DNA of 63,999 bases, counting the filler, from Catajapyx aquilonaris (taxonomy: Eukaryota): NCBI GenBank assembly GCA_000934665.2. It is 3 parts of 3 records of this genome, joined end to end, with 100 filler letters (N's around TTAATTAATTAA, not from the genome) between each part and the next. Parts side by side here need not be neighbours in the genome. Positions count along the whole stretch, not along the records: positions 21,441 to 43,513 come from JYFJ02006078.1; 2 more parts are not named here. One strand, 5' to 3'. Below the pieces are notes generated by a model. It saw only the letters and a list, made by a program, of their open reading frames with translations. It made no database searches and was not told the origin of the DNA. Shown here in pieces: positions 22,818 through 35,405 of this stretch; the first letter of the stretch is position 1, and the number at the start of each line of letters is the position of its first letter. The position numbers were made by a program, and so were the translations under genes.

Positions 22818-25534
22818 TTACGCTGAAGGATTTGTATGTGGCACGCTACGCTATACGCTTGTTTCATTAGAACATTTTCTGTTCCGATACCAAACAGGGT
22901 ATTACTGTATAGCCTACTATAAAAAAATCGGATACGGCCCGTGAAAATTGGTCCGACTCCAATTTCTCTCATGTCATGCCTACACCCAATGCCAATAGTT
23001 TTTTTGTGTGTGTGTGTGTGTTCCAAGTGACAAGATTAATGCTTCAGTGGCACTTTTGGCTTTTGACATAATTTAGACACAATCCTGCGCTCCAGCTTTT
23101 TATAGAACTACCTAGAAAACATTCCTGGAAGTCAGTAAAGAGACGCTATCTCTTTATCTTTCGTAAAGAATAGCAGACGTAAGGCACAGAGAAAGCTCAC
23201 AAGCCATCTTATTTGCCTTCGCACGCTATACACTTGAACCATGCTGTTGCTCTAATTAATTAAGGCCTCGAGGTACGTAATTTAGTTTAAAAATGTAAAG
23301 CCCCTTCATGTCCGAATTTGTACAATGACACCAGCACTTGCACCAGCAGGCAGCAGCCTCTATCAGACATGTCAGCATGCTATGCGCATCAGTAAATCGT
23401 ATGGCTGGCATGCCATTATCGAGTCATGACCATACCTGATTAAGAAGCAAGATGCAGGTTTTTAAAATGAAGACCTGAAAAGCAGAACGATCAGAGACAC
23501 ATTTGGCTTATTCTTCAGCTCAAAACTTACCTCTGAGGATATCCTGGCCATCACAAGAGTGACGAAAACCGTAACAGCGACGCAAAGGACAGCATCAAGA
23601 AGAGTCTGCAGCAGACTGAGCTTGGACGTCGCTTATATTTGCAGGGAAAATTGGCAGGGCGGAAATAAGGAAGTCAATTATTGTGAAACTTAGAGGTATT
23701 AAACTGGGAGTTAATTTTCAATTTAATATCCGCTAGCATAAACAAATTGCAGAATTCAGTATATGATAAGATAATAGTCTGTATAATTATAATATGCGAT
23801 AACAACAATAATTGAAATATGAAATATTTACAGTACGTAACAAATACTGATATTAATATGACAATGGCAGAGTACTTAAGAGAAGACACTATATTGCGGG
23901 AAATGCACAGTGACATTCAAATATTAGCGAGCTCTTTGCGTAATATGCACATGCACTATACTGTTTAATAACTAAGTTAAGTCATGTGTAAACAAAAAAA
24001 AACACTTTCAGATTCCAGGAGCACGTGATATTATTTTATATAAATTATTATCCATAACATGGTGCAATCGACCTTGATAAGTAAGCTTACATAAAAAACC
24101 AGCTCACTCAACAGTGTAAATATTTTGTCTCACTGATTCGTCAGCCCGGTTAATGAAATTAAATTAGTGAAATAATTTACTCAAATCAGTTCACATTACA
24201 TAATCGTAAAAAAATATTGTGTCGATGCAACCAGATTTAATTAACCCACACAGGGTTGAATTGAAATATTCTTATTGCTTTAAGTTGCGTATATATTAAA
24301 GAAAACATTTAGTGCTCTCCCTTATCAAAATATTAAATGCTCAAACTCTAGAGTACAATGATGTCCTATTTTAAATGTCTTATTGGTACAATTGGCATAA
24401 AACGTCAATTTATTAAATCAATCGTTCTTTAGTGCAGATCACCTTTTCAGGCGTTTAAAAGGCTGGGTCCTAATATTAGTTCATAATACTTTTCATAACA
24501 CAAGTATTTCCAAAGTAACATTAAATGCTTAGCCAAAAATTGCTAACAAAACTAATTTACATTGTAAGCACCTGCATATTTTGCAAGTTATAGGCCTGCA
24601 GTATATACACCCTGTATAATGTGAGTGATTTATATCAAGAAGTCTAACACGTGTAAGAATTTTTTTGAAGCGCTGGCAGGGTCACGACCTGGTCACCTCA
24701 CCCTCGCGCCACCTCCTGCCATACACAAGTTATTCTATACGTTCTTCCAGCTATACTGTCCACGCCACGATCATGAGGACTGCTGGGCACAGATGCATGC
24801 TCATTTTTTAAAAGACGGACAAATGACCAGAAGTGCAGATAACCTAGTGCCCTTGTTATCGTGTATAATTATTATGGCATTCGTGATAATTCTTATCTCT
24901 CGTCGCACTTTCCTGTCACCCTGAACAAAATGATGTTCACGCCATTTACTTCATATCGGGTTTTTATACGCATGTACAGGATGGCACACTGACCATGTCC
25001 TCACATCTAAGGGAGAAGACAGGGATGGTTTATTACAGGAGTTTGGTATAGGAGTACAGTCAAATTGACTTAACAGGATTATTGCTTTAATATGAACTGA
25101 TTGATGGGAATAATAATTGTCACCATTAAACTGGTGACTTGGGGAGAGCACCACCTTGTAATTGACATCTGTGAACATCCGCGTGTCTTATCATTATGAC
25201 CTGCGCACTGTTCCAGCATGAATTTGGTGACCATCCGGAACACGCATGCCCCTTCTGTATAATATCTGTATAATATACCGCACATATGCAAAAAGATTCC
25301 TATGTGAAGGAGGCTAATGATCTCCCTCGTGTATGCCCACTGCTGAATCACGAGAGATAAAAGAGGCGGCATAGAGAGAAGGCCTGGATATAAAAGATTC
25401 GGGGTTTGGTTAGACCAGCATCACACTTTCACATCCCTTTGCAAAGGTAGGTGTTGGCTCTTGGAGTCTCCTCCACTCACGCTCATAACACCAAACCTGT
25501 AAACAGAGTGACCACTTGAAAGAAGGCATCAGAG

Positions 25535-27120
25535 ATGGAGAAGCTTGGAGAGCAGATGTCCAGCCTGGAGCTGACCCTGGAGAAGCACTTGCCCAAGGAA
25601 GAGCTGAAGGAGGTCAAGAGGATCCTCTACGGAGAGTCATGGAGGTGAGCTGCTTCAGGGATGAGCTTAACGGTTCCATTTTTTTTTTGTAACACTGTGT
25701 CATTATTAATCTCCAGCGCCCTGGAAGTCCCACAAGAAGTGCAGAAGATGGCTGAGGCGAAGGATTTCGAAGTGCAGGCCTTCCGTATGGAGGCAGAGAA
25801 CGAGCAGACTCGTCCTGCAAGGGTGGTGAGGGTCGGTGCCATTCAGAACAAGGTGGTGCTTCCCACGACCGCACCCGTGTCCGAACAGGTCGAGGCCTTG
25901 CACCGTCGGATTTCGGAAGTGATCCATGCGGCCCATCTCTGCGGAGTCAACATCCTCTGCATGCAAGAAGCATGGAGTGAGTAGTACACCCTATTGTTGA
26001 TAATTATCTGTCATTGCAGTCATTGTTTATGGCCTGAATTGTTGAATGTTTTTTCAGCAATGCCATTCGCTTTCTGTACCCGTGAGCGCCTGCCCTGGAC
26101 CGAATTCGCCGAGTCTGCTGAAGATGGTCCGACCACCAAGCTGATGCAGAAGCTGGCCCAGCAGTACAACATGGTGATCGTGTCTCCGGTCCTGGAGCGT
26201 GACTCAGCTCACGGCGACATCCTCTGGAACTGCGCCGTGGTCATTTCTAACACCGGGAAGGTGCTTGGAAAGAGCCGGAAGAACCACATCCCCAGGAAGG
26301 GCGACTTCAACGAGTCTACCTACTACATGGAGTCCACTCTGGGACACCCTGTCTTCCAGACTCAGTTCGGAAGGGTGGCCATCAACATCTGCTACGGACG
26401 ACACCACCCACAGAACTGGATGATGTACGGGCTCAACGGAGCAGAGATTGTCTTCAATCCGTCCGCCACAGTTGTTACTCTCAGGTACATTTCGCAATGT
26501 CGCACTCACATTGCGATTGAACCATAATGCGACCTCGCCTTTGCAGTGAGCCAATGTGGGGCATCGAGGCTCGAAACGCAGCTATAGCCAACAGCTACTT
26601 CACCTGTCCAATCAACCGAGTCGGGACGGAAGTCTTTCCAAACGAGTTCAACTCAGGGGACGGGAAGCCTGCTCACAAGGACTTTGGACACTTTTACGGA
26701 TCGACTTACGTGGCAGCCCCTGACGGAAGCCGAAGCCCAGTACGTTATGCAGCAACAATGCATTTATTTGTAGCAGCTGTTATAAGAGAAGAAATATTGT
26801 CTCAATGCGAATTTGCCGAATTTAATTGGTGAACAGAAAGAGCCAGCAAACTATAACTCTGTACCAATTGCAGGGATTGTCCCGCACTCGAGATGGGCTG
26901 TTGGTATGCGAGGTGGACCTGAACATGTGCAGGCAGTCCAGGGACAAGTGGGGGTTCAGGGTGAGTTGGATAAAGAGAGTAATGAGTCTTGTCAGTTGCA
27001 GTGCGCTGTCACATTTAGTGTTCGTTCCAGATGACCCAGAGACTGGACCTGTACGGAAAGTCCTTTTCGTCTGCTGCCAAACCAGAATTCCAGCCTCAAG
27101 TCATTCGCGATGAAATGTAA
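25535..27120 (+). CDS. UPB1: Beta-ureidopropionase (nitrilase family); exons 25535-25644, 25717-25976, 26058-26484, 26547-26739, 26874-26960, 27031-27120; 388 aa
   Basis: [21 protein letters not shown] and NICYGRHHP (Glu-Lys-Cys catalytic triad), [17 protein letters not shown]; all GT-AG introns in phase; stop at 27118-27120. Confidence 0.96.
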
Positions 27121-27849
27121 CCAAAGTGGCCCACTAGTAGCTTGCCTGTTGTACTCTCACCGTTATTAGTCACGAATATTGAGGCAATTAAAATGACCTA
27201 ATGGACAAGGAAGCCCAATACCAAAGAAAGCCTTACCAGGAAGCTATACAGCCTGTATTCGTTTTCGTCACGTCCCGGCCATTTCTGCATACCGACAATG
27301 ATCGGTTTTTCCGGCAATGTTGCGAAAACAGGCATTATCCTGGGAATACAAGAGGATGTGAGTCCAACAGAAGAAAAAGGAGATAGCAACAGGTCCACAC
27401 GTCATTTTTTCCACTATTGGTGTTCAATTTTCCATTTTTCATTTAGACATTTTTACCTGCCTCTTTAACAATGAGTAAATTGCATGATTTTTCTTTACTA
27501 TAGGAGTGTTAATCTCACTGATAAGTAGGCTACTGTTATCCTGCCAACTCTCTCGATTGTTGATGACAAAATAATGGAGACACACACTAGTGCTGCCTTT
27601 CATGTTTTATGTACTCATTATCCAAGAATAAAAATACCCTTATAAAATGACCATCGTTAATATTTTCACTCTTCCCATGTGCCCTGCGTATCCCTGAATA
27701 TTGGTTGTTCAGTTCTCAGCTTGACATCTGTCAGCTCCTCTCATTCCATGATGATGGACTATTTTATTATCTCCTTATTCGCCTAGGTTTTCTCGGGGTC
27801 CTCCCTTTCAGATTCTGGCGCCTTCTCCATGATTGTTTCTTTCTGGATT

Positions 27850-29687
27850 TCAGTTCTCACCCTGCTTGAACTGTCCCAGAACAATAATGTAGGTGGTGGC
27901 AGTGGCTGCGATCTGTGGAATAATATTATTATTAAGACTGTCATTACACGCACTGATGTAACAATTGAAGCAAGTGAACCTTACAGCCGGAATTAGGTTG
28001 CGATCCACGGCGAACAACCTCGCTCCAGTGATGTTGAACGAACGTGATGACATCCTTTGTGTCAGCTGAAGAACCTGTAATGATTGACAGGTACAGGCGT
28101 GAGAAAAACACATAATGGAGTAGCATTGATGTTGTTTCTGTTGTTAAATGCATGTACTTACCACTTCCTTAGTGTACTGGTCCAGATAGACTGTGCGGAC
28201 ACGCTGCAGGCGGGATAGAGATTTTGCAGCCTGGAAAGGAAACAAGGACTTGATAATAATAGCAGTTGCCGTAATTTTATCCCTGGTTGTTACTATTGTA
28301 GCAAGCAACCTGTTGTTTGTTTCACATTCTTTCATTACTTTGACAATTTTCTCATTTTCTTTGGGGATGTTGTTGGCTCCCTGTTGAGAGCGGGGCATCG
28401 TAAAAGAGCAGCATAAAAATAATGTCGAAAATATGAGTTGATCTTGGACATAATCCCTGTGTACGTGATACAACCGAGTTGTTTACGTTAGTGTGAGGGT
28501 GGCCAAATTTTTATTTTGGGATTGAAAAAATAGATATCTTTTGACAAGTACTTGGCCTCCACTATTGGTGAAAACACTAGTAATAGATTACATCCCTGCA
28601 GCTGCCTTTCCATGTCACATCCGCTGTGCCTGAATGAAAACCATTTTTTAAAAATACTCACCTGCGTGGATATCCTGGCCAGAATTAGTGTTGACGAAAC
28701 AATGACGACTACCGACACCACGACTTCGACCAGGACCTTCAGCATCTCCTCGACGTTGTTGACCCAATAGGAGTTGGCCATGACCAGGATCGACACCAGC
28801 ATGATTATGTCGAACAGCAGGCTGAGAAGACCTAATGACAACGACGGTCCCAGCGCCTCGCTGACGTTGGACACGACGTCGGACAGCTCGTCGAAGGCGC
28901 CGCAAAAATAGCACATCCGATCCACGCAGTTCGCAGGAGGATCCACCTTAATTTGGTTAGGTGCCAATTAATTGCATTAAATATTGTCCTTTTCTTGCAT
29001 ATTATTTCCCACCTGGATTATGGTGTCTGCGCAGTCTCCTGATCCAGTGTCTTCGAATGTTTTAGGCAGACAGTCAATCACATCCCGCATCGAGTTGGAC
29101 AGAGAGATGAATCGCCTGCGAATCGCTTCGGACATGAAGACAACCAGGAAGATCGGAATGATGATGATGGTGGTGCACAGTGTGTGAAGCAAGACCCCGA
29201 GCTGGTACTGCCAGGAGTACAAGTAGTTTTTGTCGGACAAGTAGCACTCCAGCATGTACTGGGCCATGTAAAAACCGCATGCTGCGCTTAACAAAAGGGA
29301 CGTGTGTCTGCCCTGCCCGTTCACATTGCTGTCCACTTTGGCGTCAAACTGAGTCACTTGCTGGAAAACCGCGCATATTTTCCTGAAGTACACTTGCATC
29401 AGTATGTACTGCAGAACTGAGGACACCAACTGGTTGTAAAACTCCAATGTCCTGGTGCATTCCAACACCGTTCCGAACCTGATGTAAATATCATAGTTTT
29501 CAGGGTCGTCCCAATACACCAGCAGGTTCTCCACGAGTTTCACTGTTGGAAATATGCAGAATGTGTACCATTCCCTGCGCAGGTACGGACCTCTGAAGAT
29601 GTCTCGAGCCGGGAAGATGCCAGCCAGCTTGGCAAGCACTCCCAACGGAGCAAAAGCATCGTAAAAGCTGATGTTGGCCTCGATCAT
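27850..29687 (-). CDS. Gustatory receptor GrA; exons 29687-29013, 28946-28662, 28230-28162, 28074-27985, 27912-27850; 393 aa
   Basis: Multi-TM hydrophobic protein with C-terminal GARLFAVDR...TTYIIVLGQF (Gr TM7 motif TYxxxxxQF) and three phase-0 introns near the 3' end, as typical for Grs. Confidence 0.9.
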
Positions 29688-30155
29688 GGCTGGAATTCAG
29701 TGGATCCAGCCATTATGACTATAATGATCGCTGGTCTACACAGACACATCCGGAGATCGGAGTGGCTCCGATGCTATTTCCCCGGCATTGGACAGGCACA
29801 GAACAGGACAACCGCACGGAAGTAAGTCGAGATGTAGACTGGCAGACAACCAAGGCAACAGAGTCGGTCAGAAATGCCCAGAATGTATCAACATGGCGGG
29901 CAAGCAAGTGTAGAGAAAATAACATGACGGAGCTTCTCGCTTCGGCTCAGCCGTATCCATCAACTCAGGACAACACATGGGATCTTTTACAGTTTATTTT
30001 AAAACAGCTCGTACATCTTAAGAAAGATGGAATCCCAAGGTCTCGAATTGGGCAGGGATTATTGTAATTAGACCGGATGTCACATGGTCTAGAATTACTA
30101 ATCAAAGCGTATGCCATACTCTGCGGAAATTATTGCGCTTGTTGTTTTGATGGGG

Positions 30156-31664
30156 TTAAAATTCTTGGCAAGGCTGGCAACACTTGTGTTCAGAGCCCAT
30201 GTTTTTGTTGTCAGCTTCTCCTTCGGCTTGTTTGAACTGGGCCAGGATAATGATGTAGGTGGTGGCTGTGGCAGCAATCTGAAATGCATAGCGTGACGGG
30301 CAAATGAGCAGTGGAATAATTGAAAGCGAGTGACAAAAATGCTTACGGCTGTGAGAAGATTGCGATCGACCGCGAACAGCTTGGCACCAGTTACGGTGAA
30401 GGAACGAGACGACAAGCGATCAGTCATCTGCAACACCTTTTTTTTTTTTTTTTTTTTTTTTNNNNNTTTTTTTTTTTTTTTTTTTTTTTTTTTTGCAAAT
30501 GGACGGTAAAATTATATTTTAAAATTGCGCAGTAAATGGAACGCCAGCAATGTAAAATTACCAGTTCTTTGATGTCCGGATCCAGGCTTGTGATGCGGAC
30601 GCGTTGTAAGTTGGACATACACTTAGTAGCCTGAAAAATGATGCAAGTGAAAGAAAATTTCCTTCTTATTTTGAGTAAGATATATATCGTTTTGTGGCAC
30701 TAACCTCCGTAGAAATCCTGGAAAGCACGAGAATGGTGATCACCAGGAAGAAGAGGCAAATGACGACGTCGATCACTATTCCGACCTTAGTAGCGATGGC
30801 CTCGAGCCACTCTACGTCGATCAGAAGCAGGGTGATGTAGGCCACTGCTCCGAACAAGAGGCTGAAGATGCTGAGGGCCAAGGAAGGACCCATGGTGTCG
30901 CTGACATCGCCCAGGATGTCGGTCAGTTCGTCCATGGCACCGCATAGGTGACACAACCGGTCCACGACGTCCTCTCGAGTGACCGTCGACTCCTCCTTTG
31001 CATTTTCATCCACAAAGTTCTTCGGTAAGTGGTCAGTCACCTTGACCAACTCTGCTGTCACTTCCTTCAAGCGCTCCCGGATGGCCTCTGACATGAACAT
31101 GACCACCAGGAGAGGGGTCAGAGGCAGCATGTTGCACAACAGATGGAAAAAGGAAATCACATGGAACATCCATTCCACTCTGGTCTCCTCCAACCAGTAC
31201 GTTTCTACCAGGCAGTATGCAAAGTATGACACGTAGAGGACGCTAAGACGGATAGCCGTCCTTCGAAGCCGCACGTTGACGTCGCTGGACAACTTGACGT
31301 CGAACCTGGCAAGCTTATCGAAGACTTCGCACGCTCCGGAAAAGTACAGCTGCATGAATCCAAACTGAAGAATGGCCGAGAAGATCTCGTTGTAGAACTC
31401 GAGGGTGCCCACGTAGTGAGATGTGGTGTCGAACAATGCGTATGTGCGACGGATGGTCTCTGGTCCGTCCAGGTACAGAAGGAGGTGCTCCAGCAGCAGG
31501 ACGGTAGGAATGATCCAAAAGGAGATCCATTCCCTTGGAGAGTACGGACCTTTGAGGATGTTTCGAGCAGGGAAGAGTCCGCCTGCCTTTGAGATGAGTG
31601 CCAAGGGGGTGAACGCTTCGTACACTGTCCTTGTGCTGGTTAAATGCACTTGCACCGACTCCAT
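30156..31664 (-). CDS. Gustatory receptor GrB; exons 31664-30705, 30630-30562, 30436-30347, 30278-30156; 413 aa
   Basis: Paralogue of GrA with TTYIIILAQF and the same 69-nt and 90-nt exons; one acceptor abuts a poly(A) run. Confidence 0.88.
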
Positions 31665-32745
31665 GCTTTTGGCACGTCTGTGCCAGGAAGCCTCCTACGC
31701 GCGATTGGCCAAAATGAGGAGGATTATGTCACGTGATCTGGCGTATATACATAAAGTATGTAACAGGAGTGCCGATAATTTTATCCACGCAAGATGAGGT
31801 AACAGTAAACCCATTGGACACTAACGACCCGGGCTACATCCAGTAGTGGAAGAAATATTATATTGGACCTTGGACAATTCTAATATGATATTGCTAGATA
31901 TCTTTGGGCCCTTCCGGACAGGCGGAAATCAGGCCGTCGTGCTCAAGCTGTCAAGTCAGATTAGCTCAATTCAATGCATTCGGACTGGATGTGTCGCATA
32001 AGGTGGGTTTGTGTCTTCAGTAACCAGAGAAGCAGCTATTGTAAGTGAACGGTTGCCTCTACTTATTCATTTTGTTGATGTGGGTCAACAACAAACAAAG
32101 AGTCGGAATTTGGGCTGTACCAGCAACGGCTATAAAAGTTCAGGCTTGCTTGTCGCATGTTCACCGAACCCTTTGAAAATAGTTGAAATTTCCAAACAAA
32201 ATTCATCCTCGTGTCGTCATTTTTAAATAATTTAATTCCCTCTGCAGTAATAATGTGACATTATTTGTACAGCACAGAAGATGCTGAATTCGTTCTATTA
32301 CCTACCCAGATTTTATGTTACGATATATAATTTTCATCTCAACATGTATAAAAAATGCTCGGAAAAGAATTGTAGATGCCAAAAAAAAAAAACGAGACTG
32401 GACAGTCTGTATACCAACAGAATTCCGCATCTTTGTTGACAAAAATGCGAGGATTTAAAAATGGAGCTGGTAATTTAAACGTTGCCATTAATTTGCTTTG
32501 ATTGCCATTAATTTGCTTTGATCCAACAGTCTTAGATGAAAACACGGCGCATTTTCCAGAGGATGTAGCCTACTGTGTATATTTTATAATCTGCCCGTCC
32601 TCCTTTCCCAATTTGAACATTCATAGTTCATTATTAAATATGGATGTACTGTACAAGCAACACCTATGTGTATACATAAATGAAAACGCGGAATAGATAT
32701 AAACAAGATATAAACCATGAATAATAAATGGCATAATTGGCTAAC

Positions 32746-33230
32746 CTGCGTGGATATTATTATGTCCAGCATGACCGTTATGAAGACAACGAAGGCGAGA
32801 CAAAAGGCGATGTCCACAAGGGTACCGATCTGGGTCTCCAGACTGGCCCCCAAATAGCGACGGTCAGTCAGCAGAAGGGACATGTAAGGCCACGATGACG
32901 AAGAGAAGGCTGAGCAATCCCAGGGACAGCGAGGGTCCAAGTGCTTCGCTGACGTTGGACACGACGTCCGTCAGCTCGTCGATTGCGCCTCACAGGAAGC
33001 ACATCCTGTCCACGCAGTTGTTCTGATGAGGAGCGTCGATCTGGACACGGGTGTCGGTGGTGGTGAAGGTCTTCGGGAAGGGATGGGTCAGAGTCTGCAG
33101 CTCCGTCGTGATCAGATAGAATAAGCGCCGTCGAATGGCTTCAGAGAGGAATATGACGACGAAGAGGGGCACCAGGATGACCATGACGCATATCACGTGC
33201 AGGAAGAACGAGGAAGAAGGTCAGGCGGAA
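32746..33230 (-). pseudogene. Gustatory receptor pseudogene fragment GrC
   Basis: LSEAIRRR...NCVDRMCFL*GAIDELTDVVSNVSEA matches GrA; in-frame TGA at 32990 and frameshifts; the 5' part is replaced by a repeat; 3' exons not found. Confidence 0.85.
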
Positions 33231-33599
33231 CATCCAGTACGGTACTTTTTTTAGCCGGAATACGGTAATTTTGACTCTAGTGGTACGGTAGCTGCTAAGG
33301 GCCAGGTTGGCAACGCTGGGTTGGCAACGCTGGCTTGAAGGAAGGAAAAAAAAACATGGCGGCGCCCAGTGTGTCTAGAGCACGTGTCGTTTAGAGGCAG
33401 GTCATAATAATTACTCTCTAATTACCTTGAACTCAATTACTCATTTTTGTTTAACTTTCCAGGTTGTCGGCCAAGCCATGGTGAACCAGCAGGAACCAGC
33501 ACACCAACATTGAGCTGCCCATCAGCGTGGGTATAAAAGGATTCACATCAGTGTTTGTTGTGAGGATATTTCTTGGGTCCTAATTGTTCACATCTGAGA

Positions 33600-33990
33600 A
33601 AGTGATGAGGCTTCAAATTGTAGCCAAAATGTAGCATTCTTATCTGGATGTGCATGCGGTACAATAGCTAAGCTCGTAGTCCTCGTACAGTCAACGGAAG
33701 GTGTTGGGAGTACAGGAACCCATCTTCGTGCGAGTACCGTGTAGGAAAATATTGTATCACACTTGTTGCCTGGAGTAAGTGGTTTGCTTGCCCTGGCCTG
33801 AAATCACCAGTCAACAACAACCATCCTGTTCCGATCCACTTACTCCAGGCTCCAACATGTGACAAAGACGTACATTTTTCGTACACAGTACTCATACGAA
33901 GATGTATTTCTGTACTCCTGACATCATCCGTGGTTCAAAAATGGATCACCGCTTGTTGCTCAGCATTCGTTCCATATCTGACTGCGGTGG
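33600..33990 (-). mobile_element. mariner transposase 5' fossil
   Basis: EQQAVIHF...EIHLRMSTVYEKCTSLSHVGAWSK resembles the mariner N-terminal HTH. Confidence 0.6.
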
Positions 33991-34277
33991 AGACCCTATA
34001 AGTACTCTACCGTATCATAGCTAGGAGTTACAAGGGGCTGCTTCAGCCAGAGAATGGGACTGATGTCACAATGGCAACAATTACCCTCAAACAATGAATG
34101 CCAATAGTGAGACTAACAAAGCCTCTGTGGCATTCTCTGGTTGACCCAATAAAATTCCTGAGAGAGCATTTTACGTGTGCATGCTCACACTATGTTTCAA
34201 GTGAATAGCAAAACTGTTTCCTAGAGTTCAATGTGGCGAGAACATGACACTAGTGGATGTAGGCACTGTACTTATTA

Positions 34278-34690
34278 CGAGGGGAGTTCATAAACGCCTT
34301 TGGGTTGAAGGAAATGAGAGAAACGCTTCAAACTGCACACATATATTAGTCCTTCTCTCTATATGAACTCTGCAAAGCCACACATTTGTCCCAATTCACG
34401 ACCTGTGGGACACCATCATTGTAGAAGTCGACACTTTGTGCTTGAAAATGGTTTTCAGCCTCTGTGATCACCCCCTCGTCGCTTTCAAAAGGCTTCCCAC
34501 ACAGTGGTCACTTCAAGTGGCGAAAGAGAAAGAAGTTTCCAGGGGCGGGGTCCAGGGAATACAGCGGATGGGGCAGAATATTGTACTCCAACTGGCCAGC
34601 AAGTGCCATAGTACCCGCGGTACGATGAAAATATCAGCAGAAAACTGCATTTTGTGAAAAATGCAAACCACTTGGCACACTTGTTCCTTA
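34278..34690 (-). mobile_element. mariner transposase 3' fossil with TIR
   Basis: LPHPLYSLDPAPGNFFLFRHLK...FESDE (degenerate YSPDLAPSD); TA|CGAGGGG end. Confidence 0.7.
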
Positions 34691-35164
34691 GACCCATTTG
34701 GTTGATTCCATTCAATTCAATCAATTCTATTCTATTTATTTTACCTCAGTGAGAGGATTCACTAAGGGACACCAATATGCATTGTTCACTTATTAGACAT
34801 GCTATATAAACAAATTGCAACATTAGCCGGAGGTGGGGGGAGTAGGTACAGTTTGAACAGGTTTAACTTCTTCAACATTTAAGGTGGATGATTCAACAGC
34901 TTATAAGTTTCCATGCAATTTAGCCACGTAAGTGAGGAAGAAGAACGTCTGTTTTAATTGCTTTTCTGAAGGCTGGTGTAGGATCGACAAAAAGCCAGAC
35001 ATAGGAGGGATTGGTAAGTCTTGTAACAGACTTTGACGGCCCCCTGTATACATCGGACATTCGAAACAAATGTGGAACCAACCATTAACTAACATTATCA
35101 CGCACGGGCAACGTCCCACGCCTGGAATGGCACAAGACGGACGGTATTGGTATGGTGTTGGTAG

Positions 35165-35405
35165 CCGGCGCCTGTGGACTAGTGGTTAGCGCGCTCGCCT
35201 CTTGTCCCAAAGTTGTGGGTTCAAACCTGGCCGAGGTCGGTGACTTTTCTCCGGGTGGTAGAAAAGTGAGAGTGCGCCTTCCTGCGGAGGGGAAGTAAGC
35301 CGTCTGTCCCGTGTGCTTGTGACATTGCGCGAGTCCACGTTAACCCTGGAACCGTGCCGTGCCTGAAAGTTATGACAACCGTGCCATGGGGTCTTTTCGG
35401 ACCCC
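35165..35405 (+). mobile_element. tRNA-derived SINE, family B
   Basis: A box TGGACTAGTGG and B-box-like GGTTCAAACC. Confidence 0.6.

Noticed and set aside
25535..33230. Functional link between beta-alanine synthesis (UPB1) and the adjacent gustatory receptors
   Set aside because: The only support is tail-to-tail proximity; nothing in the sequence indicates co-regulation.
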